Shown here one piece after another: positions 9,513 through 20,054 of a stretch of 64,000 nucleotides of DNA (position 1 is its first letter; each line of letters starts with the position of its first letter). A program made the translations under genes and the position numbers. Source of the DNA: Planctomycetota bacterium. GTDB taxonomy: Bacteria > Planctomycetota > UBA8108 > SXIK01. Under the pieces are notes generated by a model. It was not told the DNA's origin. It saw only the letters and a program-made list of their open reading frames with translations, and searched no databases. The DNA is taken from NCBI GenBank assembly GCA_965223845.1, contig CBDCXR010000004.1:4384001-4448000 (forward strand), written 5' to 3'.

Positions 9513-12455
9513 ATGGTGTACGAAAACCCGCGCGAGCTGACTCGATCTGTTCCGGTGTGCCGCCACGAATGTTGCGGCACGGTAGGTACGCTCTGCCGCT
9601 GGTCCCGACGCATCGCCGCGCTCGCGCTCACGTTCGCCTTCCTCGTCTTCCTAGCGAGCTGCTCGCGATCTTCGAGCGGTCCGGGCGCGGGACTCGATCC
9701 TCTTCCGATCGCCGGCGGCGTGACCGAGATGGAACGCGTTGAAGAGCTCAGTGAGACGGTTGCCAACCGATTCATCGAGTTCTCGGACAAGGTTCGGAGG
9801 CGCGACTTCGACGCCGCGGCCGTCTACCTGGGCGAGGATTTTCTCGGCACTGCATTCGGCGCGTGCGCGGCTCAGCCCGCCGAGACGCTTCCGGTCGGCG
9901 TGACGAGAACGCGTTTCGATCCCGCGCCGGCACGCGCCGAGCCGGCGAACCGAGCGACTTTTCTCCGCTCGCTTCGCGAGTTTCTCTCTCCGCTCGAGTC
10001 GATCGAGTACGTCTTCTTCAAGACGCGCGGCGCCGAGTTCACCCCGGATGCGAACCGAGGAGTCCTCCGGATGACCGTGCAGATCATCGGCCGCGAGCCG
10101 GGCGACCGTCCGTTTTCACTGAACGGCGCCGCGGCCGCGGAGGCGCTCAAGGTCGGCGAAGCCTGGGTGCTCCGGCGATTCGTACTCAAGAGCTTGAATG
10201 TCACGCGGCGAGATTCACCCGTGTTCACGGACGTGGCGACTTCGGCCGGAGTCGCGTCGTTCGGCCCGCGACTGGGAACGGGCGACAACACTAACTTCTA
10301 TTGGCGGGGCGCGGCCACCGCCGATGTCGACGGCGACGGGTACTACGACATCTTTACGACGACCAGTCGGCGCGCGTGGCTCTACCGCAACCGAGGCGAT
10401 GGCACCTTCGAAGATGCGACCGGCGGATTCGGCATCGACGCGCCGGCGAACTCGACTGGACCGCTCTTCTTCGACTACGACCGGGACGGCGATCCCGATC
10501 TCTTCCTGGGCTACGTCGGCTGGAGGGTCGACGGCGTGCCCCAAGGACAGTCGCTTCGCCTCCTTCGAAACGAGGGCGGAAAGCGATTCGTCGACGTGAC
10601 CGACGCGGTCGGTCTCGGAAACCAATACCTTGAAGCGTTCAGCGCCTGCGCGTCGGACGTCGACGGAGACGGTTGGCTCGACCTCTACATCTCCGCCTAC
10701 AACCGACTCGACGCCGAGTACCCGAACTCCTGGTACCGGGCGACGAACGGCAGCCCCAACGCGCTCTTTCACAATCGCGAGGGACGATTCGTCGACATCG
10801 CCGCGGAGGCCGGAGTCGCGGGAACGGGATGGAGCTACGCGGCATCCTTCGCCGATTTCGACGAAGACGGTGACGAGGACCTCTACGTCGCGAACGACTA
10901 CGGTGACAACTCACTCTACCGAAACGAAGGCAGTCTTCGTTTCCGCGACGTCGCCGCCGAGCTCGGCGTCCTCGATACGGGAAACGGGATGGGAGTGACT
11001 TGGGGCGACCTCGACAACGACGGGCGCCTCGATCTCTACGTCTCGAACATGTCATCGTCCGCCGGCAACCGCATCCTCTCGCGGCTTCCGCGCTCCGGCG
11101 GGCCGGGCTCCGAGCGGTCGGAGGGCTCCAGCTCGCGGCACTCGAGCCGCGGCGTACAGAGCACACTCGCGAAGCTCGCTGCCGGAAACACGATCTTCCG
11201 GCAGTCGGGTGCGCGCTTCGAAGCGCTGCCGGCCGAGAAGGGCGGGATCGGCGCGTCGTGGGCCTGGTCTGCGGCCCTGCTCGATATCGACCTCGACGGT
11301 CGATTGGACATCTACGTCGCCAACGGATTCATCTCCGGCGACTCGCTCAAGGACACATGAAGCGTCTACTGGCGCCACGTGGTGGCGTCGAGTCTCGCGG
11401 ATGACGCATCGGCGAATCCCGCGATCACGACCGCGAAGATCGAGGCCGAACGCCCGGGAAGCGATCGCTACAAGCAGGACCATATGTCTCTCATCTTCCA
11501 GCGCGGGCTTTCGTTCAGCGGTTTCGAACGGAACAAAGTGTTCTTCGGCGGATCGGACGGCGGGTACGTCGACCTCTCGGACGTGTCCGGCGCCGACACG
11601 GATGCCGACGCGCGAGCGGTTCTGGTCGCGGATTTCGATGACGACGGCGATGCGGACCTCTTCGTGAACGCGATCCAGCGCGAGCAGCACCTGCTTTATC
11701 GAAACAATCTCGACGGAGTCGCACCGAACCGCTTCGCGAAGTTTCGGCTGCGCGCCGCGCGAGGTCATCCGGACGCGATCGGGGCGATCGTGCGCGTCCA
11801 TCGAGGGAGCGTCGTCCAGGCGCAAGTGCTCACCTGCGGCTCCGGCTTCGAGTCGCAAAACGCGCTCGAGCTCATCTTCGGGCTCGGGGGCGTCAACAAG
11901 GCCCGCGTCACGGTTCGCTGGCCCGGACGCGAAGAAGAGGATTTCGGCGAGATCGAGGCCGGTGGTCGCTACGTCCTCACCGAAGGCGCGGGAAAGCCGT
12001 CTCCCTTCGCGGCGAAGACGTTTCGGTTCGTCGACCCGGCTCCGAGAGGCGTCAAGGTACGACTCGGAGACCGTCTCGGTTCGCTCGCCCTCAAGACCGT
12101 GACGGGCGAAGACAAGACGCTCGATCTCACGCAGGAGAAGCGAAAGACCCTGCTCAATTTCTGGGCCACGACCTGCGCCTCCTGCGTGGCGGAACTCCCC
12201 GAACTGGCGAAACTTCACACCGGCGAGACCTACCGAGTCATCGCGGTGAACCTGGATCCACCGAGTCAAAGAGATGCGATTCTCGAACTTTGGTCGAAGC
12301 TCTCCCTCCCGTTCGACACGTTTCTCATCGGCGACAAAGATGCGGATCGCCTCTTCGACGTCGCTCGGATGGGCATTCCGCTCTCGATCGTCGTCGGGGC
12401 CGACGGACGCATCGAGCGCATCCTTCAAGGGCGCATTCGCGAGGGCCAGCTGTAA
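9513..12455 (+). CDS. Candidate selenoprotein: lipoprotein with NTF2/SnoaL-like region, FG-GAP/VCBS propeller, ASPIC/UnbV domain and C-terminal TlpA-like thioredoxin; in-frame TGA at 11358-11360
   Basis: ORFs 9351-11360 and 11379-12455 are in the same frame and are separated only by TGA plus 6 sense codons (DSLKDT-U-SVYWRHVVAS). Lipobox LASC. DxDxDG repeats occur on both sides of the TGA, followed by SFSGFERN, DAIGAIVRV...GSGFESQN...FGLG...VRWP (UnbV) and NFWATTCASC. A SECIS-like hairpin follows the TGA. Start codon uncertain (9351-9555). Confidence 0.75.
11361..11393 (+). promoter_or_regulatory. SECIS-like hairpin downstream of in-frame UGA
   Basis: GGCGCCAC (11371-11378), GTG loop, GTGGCGTC (11382-11389): an 8-bp stem with one G-U pair, extendable by ACT/AGT. 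The GU-initiated loop lies 18 nt after the UGA. Confidence 0.65.
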
Positions 12456-12492
12456 GCGTCCCCGCGGGTTCGCCGCGGCTTCGCGCGGACTC

Positions 12493-15400
12493 GTGATGTT
12501 CGCGGCGTCGATGGCCTTTTCGGCCTGCGAGCCGGCGAAGACGCCGACGGAGCTCGAAGCCGCCGCGATCTCCGATCCGTACCGTCTGCGCAACCTCGGA
12601 AAGCTCCACGCCGATCGAGACTCGGGCGAGGGGTACTTCGACGCCGTCGCGTACTTTCGCCGCCTGGTGGAGCTCCAGCCCGACGACCCCGCCGACCGAC
12701 TGCGTCTCGCGAAAGCGATGCTCTTCGCGGAAGAACCCCAGCGATCCGGCGCCGACGCCGAAGGCGAAGAGAGCGCGCGAGCGCGCGCCGCCGCGAGAAC
12801 GGACGAGGCGAAGCGCCAGCTCGAGGCGGCCCGGCGACTCTTCGGCGACGAGGTCCCGCCGGACGTGGACTACGTCGAGGGACTCATCGAGCGGCGCCGA
12901 CAGCGCTACGTCGAAGCCGCGGCGGCATTTCGCCGAGTGACCGAGCAACGGCCGCGACACGGTTTCGCTTGGTTTCAGCGGGGGCGGATGAACGAAGAAG
13001 CGGGGAATCTCGAAGAAGCCTTGAATTGCTACTCGCGGCTCGTCGAGATCGACGCGACGCACCGAAGCGGCGTCTACCGTCTCGCCACGCTTCTCACGCG
13101 GCTCGAGCGAAAGGACGAAGCGAAGCGTGCGTTCGATCTCTTCGCAAAGATCCCGAAGAGTGAGCACACCGAGAACGAGAAATGCGACCTGACCGCGATC
13201 ACGCTCCGGCCGTCGGGAGGCGAACGGGACGAACTACCGGGAGCCGAGCTCCGCTGGGCAGACGTCACCGCAAAGCACTTTCCCCACGGAGCACCCGAGG
13301 GAGTGAGCCGCGCGTTTCCCCTCTGGCTCGGATCGCCGAAGGACGTCGCATCTCTCGAGGCGGCCCTTCTTCTCATCGGCCCGAGCGTCGCGGACCGCGA
13401 ATCGGGTGCACGGATTCTCACGCACGACGGAGATCGACTCGCTGTCGCCCCCACGACCGACCAGCTCGCCGGGGCGATCGCCGGCATCAACGACGCGGCG
13501 GTGTGCGATCTCGACGGCGACCGGCGCCATGACGTCGTCCTCGTCTCTGAGGCGGGAATCCAAGTCTTTCGCGGCGCGGAGCCGCGAGGATTCGAGCTCG
13601 TCGAGGCGCTCGCGATCGAACGAACGCCCGGGACCATCGAACACGTCCGCCCCTACGATGCCGACCACGACGGAGACCTCGACCTCGTCGTCATCGTGCG
13701 CCGAGACGGACGCGCGCACGCTTCGATTCTACGGAACAACGGAGTCGACGACGGCGTCTCGTTCACCGAGCTGACCCCGTTCGAAGGTCTCTCGATCGTT
13801 TCGGACCCGGAAGTGCGGCGCTTCTCGGTCGACGCGCACGACGTCGATCAGGCGAACGATATCGACTTCGTCTTCGCGGGCGGAGATCCCGGCGTCCAGG
13901 CGTTCCTCAACAAGCGAGGTGAGGGCTTCGAGCGCGTAGCTCTCCCCGAGCTCGGCCGCCATGATCGCGTGCTCGTCGAGGACTTCGACGGCGATGGCGC
14001 GCCCGACTTCTTCGCGACCGGAGCCGATCCCGGCTGGACGATCGCGATGAACTCGGACCAGTACGGAAATCCTTACCGGCTCAGACTGGACGCTCCCATT
14101 TCCGAACGAGCCCCGCGCTCGGGCGCCATTCACGATGCCGTTCTCGGCGATGTCGACAACGACATGGATACGGACGTCGTGCTCGCCACCGATTCGGGAA
14201 TCGTGATTCTGCGAAATCGCTCGGGAGGAAAGCTCGTCGAGGAGAACGCGGTTCCGATCGCGAGCGCAAACGAATCGATGGCCGCTCGTACCTGCGAAGT
14301 CGTCGATCTCGATCTCGATGGTCGACTCGAGATCGTCGCGACCGACTCGGCGAGCCGCCTCGTCGTGCTCGAAAACGAAACGCCCGGACTGTCCGCCGGT
14401 TGGACGATCAGCCCCGTCGGCGGACGAGACAACACGGACGCGGTGGGAACGGTGGTCGAGCAGTTTCGCGGCAACCGCTACCAGAGCCGAATGATTCGCC
14501 GCGCGGGCGGGCTCCACCTCGGACTCGCTGGCGAGCGGCTCGACGGCGTTGACGGCCTTCGGCTCCGCTGGCCGCAGGGAATCGTGCAGGCGGAGCCCGC
14601 GCAGTCCATTCGCCGCGGCACGAAGGGCGAGAAGCAGCCGCTGTTTCGCTTCGACCAGAAAGCCGGGCTCGTCTCGAGCTGCCCGTTCCTCTACGCGCGC
14701 GGGCCGAGTGGTTTTCGCTTCCTCACCGACGTGCTCGGCATCGCGCCGCTCGACGAATGGCTCCCGGAGGGCGGCACACCGCACTACGACCCGGAGGAGT
14801 TCGTGCGAGTGCCCGGCGACGCCCTTGCCGCGTTCGACGGACACTACGAGTTCGCGCTCACGGAGGAGCTACGCGAGACGGCTTACCTCGATCGATTCGA
14901 GCTCATCGTCTGCGACCATCCGGCCGATCGGGAGCTCTATCTCGACGAAAGCACTCGCCAGGGTGTCTACGAACCGCTGCGCCTGATTGTCGTGCGGCAA
15001 GAGCACTTGACGCCGCCGACCAGCATCGAGCTCGAGTACGGAAAGGCGACGACAGACGACGTCGCGCGAATCGACGGGCGCTACGCGCACGGATACCCCC
15101 GCGCACCGAGTCAGCTCGCGGGTTGGGTCGAGCCGTTCGATGTCGAGCTCGAGACCGATTCGCCGGCTCGGGCTCTTCTTCTCACGGGACGCATCGCGTG
15201 GTACGACTCGACCGTCGTGTACGCCCTCTCCCAAAACGGTCGCGAATGGGGCCCCTATCGGCTCGAGCGCATCGAGGAAGACGGCCGGACGACGACGCTG
15301 GTCGAGAACCTGGGATTCCCGGCGGGCATGAATCGCACGATCGTAGCGGAGCTTCCCGCGGGATCGGTGGCCGCCGGTACGCGGCTCCGGCTTCGCGGTC

Positions 15401-15984
15401 ACCACCGGTTTTTGTGGGACCGCATCCTCTTCGCGCGAGACATCGAGCGCGTCGAGATCGAGAAGCGAGAGGGGGAGATCGATCTCGCGCGCGCAGGACC
15501 CGCGGGGCCATCGAGCATCCGGTTCCAGACCGTCGCGGTTTCCGATGCCCGGCTGTCGTTTCACGGCTTTTCAAGAACGAGCGGAAGCCGAGCGCGCCAC
15601 GAGCAAACGTACCACTACGCCGACGCGGCTCCGGACGACTCGTTCGCACCCGCGGTGGGCCGCGCCACTCGCTACGGCGACGTCACGCCGCTTCTTCACG
15701 AACACGATGACCGGCTCGTCGTCGTTCCGGCGGGCGACAAAGTCGAGATCCGCGTGCCGGCGGTCGACGAGCCGCCGGCGACGATGCGCCGCACGTTTTT
15801 CGTTCGAATCACCGGCTGGGCGAAGGAAGGAAGCTTCCACAACCCATCGGGAGGACGAATCCTCCCGCTCCCGCGAAAGGACATGACGCGCTATCCGCCC
15901 GGCGCGGAGGTTGCTGACGATCCCGAATACGTCGAGTACCTGAACGCCTACCAGACTCGCTGGATTCGACGCCGCTCACCATGA
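12493..15984 (+). CDS. TPR + FG-GAP repeat + ASPIC/UnbV-like protein with large C-terminal domain (probable lipoprotein)
   Basis: AFSAC lipobox-like motif, TPR repeats, and many DxDxDxDxD repeats. Also DNTDAVGTVVE...LHLGL...LRWPQGIVQ, then SSCPFLY, EELRETAYLD and GWAKE. Start uncertain. Confidence 0.8.
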   Translation: MMFAASMAFSACEPAKTPTELEAAAISDPYRLRNLGKLHADRDSGEGYFDAVAYFRRLVELQPDDPADRLRLAKAMLFAEEPQRSGADAEGEESARARAAARTDEAKRQLEAARRLFGDEVPPDVDYVEGLIERRRQRYVEAAAAFRRVTEQRPRHGFAWFQRGRMNEEAGNLEEALNCYSRLVEIDATHRSGVYRLATLLTRLERKDEAKRAFDLFAKIPKSEHTENEKCDLTAITLRPSGGERDELPGAELRWADVTAKHFPHGAPEGVSRAFPLWLGSPKDVASLEAALLLIGPSVADRESGARILTHDGDRLAVAPTTDQLAGAIAGINDAAVCDLDGDRRHDVVLVSEAGIQVFRGAEPRGFELVEALAIERTPGTIEHVRPYDADHDGDLDLVVIVRRDGRAHASILRNNGVDDGVSFTELTPFEGLSIVSDPEVRRFSVDAHDVDQANDIDFVFAGGDPGVQAFLNKRGEGFERVALPELGRHDRVLVEDFDGDGAPDFFATGADPGWTIAMNSDQYGNPYRLRLDAPISERAPRSGAIHDAVLGDVDNDMDTDVVLATDSGIVILRNRSGGKLVEENAVPIASANESMAARTCEVVDLDLDGRLEIVATDSASRLVVLENETPGLSAGWTISPVGGRDNTDAVGTVVEQFRGNRYQSRMIRRAGGLHLGLAGERLDGVDGLRLRWPQGIVQAEPAQSIRRGTKGEKQPLFRFDQKAGLVSSCPFLYARGPSGFRFLTDVLGIAPLDEWLPEGGTPHYDPEEFVRVPGDALAAFDGHYEFALTEELRETAYLDRFELIVCDHPADRELYLDESTRQGVYEPLRLIVVRQEHLTPPTSIELEYGKATTDDVARIDGRYAHGYPRAPSQLAGWVEPFDVELETDSPARALLLTGRIAWYDSTVVYALSQNGREWGPYRLERIEEDGRTTTLVENLGFPAGMNRTIVAELPAGSVAAGTRLRLRGHHRFLWDRILFARDIERVEIEKREGEIDLARAGPAGPSSIRFQTVAVSDARLSFHGFSRTSGSRARHEQTYHYADAAPDDSFAPAVGRATRYGDVTPLLHEHDDRLVVVPAGDKVEIRVPAVDEPPATMRRTFFVRITGWAKEGSFHNPSGGRILPLPRKDMTRYPPGAEVADDPEYVEYLNAYQTRWIRRRSP

Positions 15985-16075
15985 CTCCGGACTGATCGAG
16001 CGAGCGCTCTACCGCGGAGCAACGGGGCAACCGAAATCGAGGGGGGAAACTCTTTTTCTCGGAGTGTCGATCGTT

Positions 16076-17386
16076 ATGCGCCGAGCCGTGATCCCTCTAC
16101 TCATTCTCTTTCCCCTCCAGGACTTCTCCGCCGGCGAGACGCAGTCGACGTCGCGGGACGAGTCCCTCCAGCGAATCGAAGACGCCCTCGCCGAGGACGA
16201 GGGCCTCGATCCTAAGACGAAGAAAGCTCTCGAAGATCTAGTGGACGTACTCCGGGCCGACGGCGAGCGAGCAACGGGCCGAGTCTCGGGGGACGAGCCA
16301 CCCGAGGAGGCTTCGCTCTGGGAGAAGTTCATCGACGCGTTCACGCTCTACGGCGATGCTCGTTTTCGCTACGAGTCGAGTTTCGAGCTCGACGACAAGG
16401 CGGACCGCCACCGCGCAAGGCTTCGTTTGCGTCTCGGGGCCACCTATCGGCTTCTCGACGAAGTCGCCATCGGCGCGAGACTCGTCACCGGAGATCGAGA
16501 GGATCCCAATTCTCCGCATGTCACTCTCGGAGACGGCCTCAAGAACCTCGAAATCAGCCTCGACCGGGCGTTCATCAACTACCGGCCGTCTCGACTCGAA
16601 GGTGCATACCTAACCGGGGGCAAGTTCGGACACCCGTTCTACGCGAACCCCGTCTACGGCGAGCTGGTGTGGGATGCCGACGTTCAGCCCGAGGGAATCG
16701 TCGCGGGATACTCACTCCCGGAGCTCGGTCCGATGGCAAGCCTCCGCTTCACCGCCGGCGGGTACATCCTCGAGGAACGATCCTCGGTGTCCGATTCGTT
16801 CCTGCCGGTCGTCCAAGCGGCCGGGCGGTTCGAGGTCTCAGGCGACGTCAGCGCCACTGCGGCCGTCGGATACTACTGGTACACAAACGTCGACACTTCG
16901 CTCCTCGTCGAGGACAACGCCGGCAACGGAGTGGTGGATACGGACGGCGACGGATCTCCGGACGAGTACGATTCGGAGTTCGGGATCCTGAATCCCATCC
17001 TCGCCTTCACCTACAGCGGCTGGGACTTGCCCGTGACGCTCTCCGCGGAGTACGTCCTCAACACGGAAACCGGGGCCGAGGACAACGAAGGTTGGGCGGC
17101 CGGCATGGCCGTGGGAAGCACGAGAGCGAAAGGGGACTGGCGGTTCTACTACCAGTTTCAGGTGATCGAACAGGATGCCGTCTTCTCCGCGTTCGCGCAG
17201 GACGACTTCTTGTTTGCGACCAACCACCGGAGTCACCTCTTCGGCATCAACTACCAATTCGTGGACGAAATCGGGATCCACGTGTGGGGCCTGGTCTCGC
17301 AGCGCGACGAGACGTTCTCGAGCGCGACCGCCGACAGCGACAAGGGGCAGTGGCGAGTGCGCGCGGACTTGAACATCCGCCTGTAA
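16076..17386 (+). CDS. Putative outer-membrane porin
   Basis: Signal peptide, helical N-terminal region, and motifs YGDARFRYE, RHRARLRLRLG, LDRAFINY and LVWDADVQPEG. Alternating beta-strand pattern ending RVRADLNIRL. Confidence 0.8.
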   Translation: MRRAVIPLLILFPLQDFSAGETQSTSRDESLQRIEDALAEDEGLDPKTKKALEDLVDVLRADGERATGRVSGDEPPEEASLWEKFIDAFTLYGDARFRYESSFELDDKADRHRARLRLRLGATYRLLDEVAIGARLVTGDREDPNSPHVTLGDGLKNLEISLDRAFINYRPSRLEGAYLTGGKFGHPFYANPVYGELVWDADVQPEGIVAGYSLPELGPMASLRFTAGGYILEERSSVSDSFLPVVQAAGRFEVSGDVSATAAVGYYWYTNVDTSLLVEDNAGNGVVDTDGDGSPDEYDSEFGILNPILAFTYSGWDLPVTLSAEYVLNTETGAEDNEGWAAGMAVGSTRAKGDWRFYYQFQVIEQDAVFSAFAQDDFLFATNHRSHLFGINYQFVDEIGIHVWGLVSQRDETFSSATADSDKGQWRVRADLNIRL

Positions 17387-17744
17387 CGCGGCGAGCGGCT
17401 GCCGGTGGGTGTGCGCGCGAATCGAGCGGATCGACGCGACGCGCCATGGCGTCGCTCATCGTCAATCGACGCACGCTACCCAAAGCTCGATCCGTGTAGC
17501 TCGAGACGATCTACGAGCGGACAGGTACGGCTGCAGATCCTCGCCGCGCCGACGGCGGCTCACCTGTTCTTCGACGTCGGGCCTAGCCCGGACTTCTCAC
17601 CGGATTCTACTGCGCCACCACAAGACGCGAATCGAGCATCGGATGCGTCGCCACCCCGATCCTCACTGTGCCGGAAGCACACCTCCGGTCGGTGCGGCGC
17701 CACCGCCTTGTCAATTCAAGCCTTGTGGCGACTCGCCGCTTCGC

Positions 17745-19445
17745 TCACCGAATCCGGTGAGAAGAGCGGACTAGAGACTGCGCCCAGGCAACGAATTTCG
17801 GCTCGAACTTCTCGAGCGGCTCCACATGCTTCTCGAACTCGGCAACCCCTCCCTTCCCGGTCGAAACGAGCTCTTCGAGGTACGCATGGAACGGCCGACG
17901 ATAGCGCTCATTTTGCTCGTCCTCGAGAAACCGAAAGAGCGCCCAACTCTGCGATCGCCGCGCGACCGAGTCTTCCGCGCGGCCCGGTTCGACGAGCCGG
18001 TCGAGCGGGATCAACTTGTCGCGACGCGCCTGAAGTCGCACGAAGCTCGCGAGTCGCGAGAGCTTCGTCTCGTGGCACTCCCCGAGAGTGATCTCCTTCG
18101 TTCGCGAATGGACGGAGTTCCCGACGTAGTACGCAATCGCCTCCTGGACCCACCGACCGCTGCGTGCGGAGTAGAGGCTCGCCGCGAGCCCGTGAGTCAC
18201 TTCATGCGCGACAGTCTGGTAGAGGTAGTCCTTCGTGAGGCCCTTCCGATACGTGCACGCCGCGCCGGCGTAGGGATTGTAGTGAGGAAGGAGGTGCTTT
18301 CCGTACTCGAGCTTCATGCCGAGTGTGCCGAGAAAAGCCGCGTATTCCTCCTTCGTGTCGAAGAAGTAGATCTTCATCCGCCCGGGCATCACGAGACCAG
18401 CATCCCAAAAGCGACCGGCGAACTTGTCGTACACTTTCTCCGCCAGATCGAGGAGCTCGCGCGAGAGTTTTTCGTTGCTCGTCGTGAAGAGGACAAAGTG
18501 CGGCGACTCGATCCTCTCGTCGTAATCGAAACGAGCCTCGAGCTTTCGCTTGGCCTGTTTTTCCTGAAGCGCCGACTCGCGAGCGCGGTGCCGGATCCAC
18601 TTGTAGAGGTCTCGATCGAGGTCGGCGAGATCCGAGTATCCGTAGACGCTCGCAAGCGATTCGCGTACGGGCCGCTCGACTTCCTTCTCTGTGGACACGA
18701 CGACCTTCCGGCCGCGCCCGACGGACTTTTTTAGTCGCGCGAGTCGGTTCTCGAATCTCCGGCGGACTTCCCCGCCGAATTCGTAAAAGCGCGCGAGGCC
18801 GCCGCGAGCCCGAATCAGAAACTCGAGCGCCATGCGGGATTGAAGGTAGAACTGGTCGGTCGGCATGCCGGTCTCGGCGAGAGAATGGATCGCGACGAGC
18901 CGATCCATCGGCAGGAAGGATTGCTTCCGAACCGAGCGCCGGGCAGCGGCATAGGAACGCGCCTTCGCGCGGAGATAGCCTCCGCTCGCGAGACCCTCCT
19001 GAATCCAGATCGGCATCGACGGCAGGTAGGCGTGCACGACGAGATGGACGATTTCGTGCTCGAGCGCGCCGAGAATCGCGACTTCGTACGAGCATATCTC
19101 AGTGGTCGAGGTGCACTGAGCGACGGCGAAACGCGAGCTCGCATCACCGTTGGCGAGAAACTCCTCACGATCGCGATAGACGCGCACGTGAAACTTTTTG
19201 AGCCGCGGCCGCTTCCAATCACGAGGCGCGATCCGCTCGGTGATGCGAGCCAGATGCTCTTCGGCGGACTCAGCAACGCGAGCGGCGAGCTCGTCGTTTC
19301 GGTGATGAACTCGAAAGTGTTTCGACCGGTGGATGCGCAGTGCCGGCGATTCCTCGGCACGCTCGTCCGTCCGAGCGGGTGCTCGAGCGACGAACACGAT
19401 CGCGACGGCGATGCTCGTGAGAACTGCGCGGCGGACGAGATTCAT
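17745..19445 (-). CDS. Secreted protein with two tandem zincin (peptidase MA/DUF1570-like) domains
   Basis: Two copies of SxHF...HExxH...WxQE: HEIVH...WIQEG and HEVTH...WVQEA. Signal peptide. Start at ATG 19445 with RBS GGAGG. Confidence 0.7.
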   Translation of the reverse strand: MNLVRRAVLTSIAVAIVFVARAPARTDERAEESPALRIHRSKHFRVHHRNDELAARVAESAEEHLARITERIAPRDWKRPRLKKFHVRVYRDREEFLANGDASSRFAVAQCTSTTEICSYEVAILGALEHEIVHLVVHAYLPSMPIWIQEGLASGGYLRAKARSYAAARRSVRKQSFLPMDRLVAIHSLAETGMPTDQFYLQSRMALEFLIRARGGLARFYEFGGEVRRRFENRLARLKKSVGRGRKVVVSTEKEVERPVRESLASVYGYSDLADLDRDLYKWIRHRARESALQEKQAKRKLEARFDYDERIESPHFVLFTTSNEKLSRELLDLAEKVYDKFAGRFWDAGLVMPGRMKIYFFDTKEEYAAFLGTLGMKLEYGKHLLPHYNPYAGAACTYRKGLTKDYLYQTVAHEVTHGLAASLYSARSGRWVQEAIAYYVGNSVHSRTKEITLGECHETKLSRLASFVRLQARRDKLIPLDRLVEPGRAEDSVARRSQSWALFRFLEDEQNERYRRPFHAYLEELVSTGKGGVAEFEKHVEPLEKFEPKFVAWAQSLVRSSHRIR

Positions 19446-20054
19446 GCCTCCAGCATCGAGGGCACGTGTCACTGTCCGGTCATCGACTCTCGCCACGCGT
19501 CGAGAAAGAACCGCACCACCATGACGTACCAGGACGCCACTCAACGAGTGCTCGATAGCGATTTAGACTCTGCCCCCGAGTCCGATCGAAACCCTCTTCG
19601 ACTAGGTCGATGCGAACTCGGCCGCCGCGGTATCTAGCGGCGAGATCGTCGCGATCGATCGTGCGCGCAGCACCGCAACCGCTGCCGGCGCGTATCCGCT
19701 ACGAGTCGCGTCGGCCTCACGAGTCGAGGCGCGCGTCGCCAACAAGCAGCGCCTCGTCGTAAAACATGAGTTCCCTCCGCAAGGCGATCTTGCGGGACCG
19801 CCTTAGTGGCATACTCGCACTCTAACGAGACCTGGATCGAGAAAACCCGCTCCACCCCGCAGTTGGACTCGTGGTAGTTTGGGACATTCTACGGAATGGA
19901 CGCGTCGATCGTAGCCGTACGGCGAGTGAGGGATCGATAGACGCTGGCCCTAACCTAGAGCTTTCGACCAGGCCTCCCGCATCGACGGGGTCGGACGAGA
20001 GGTCTGGGCGATCACCGACGCCTAGTGTCTCCACCCCGCATCGGTTATCGGAGC

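Noticed and set aside
19446-20054. ~600-bp intergenic region (also 8989-9512, 17387-17744, 62765-63121) examined for tRNA (including tRNA-Sec), riboswitches, CRISPR repeats and IS ends.
   Set aside because: Only short GC palindromes were seen, with no cloverleaf, regular repeat-spacer pattern or terminal inverted repeats. An Infernal/Rfam scan would be needed to exclude ncRNAs.
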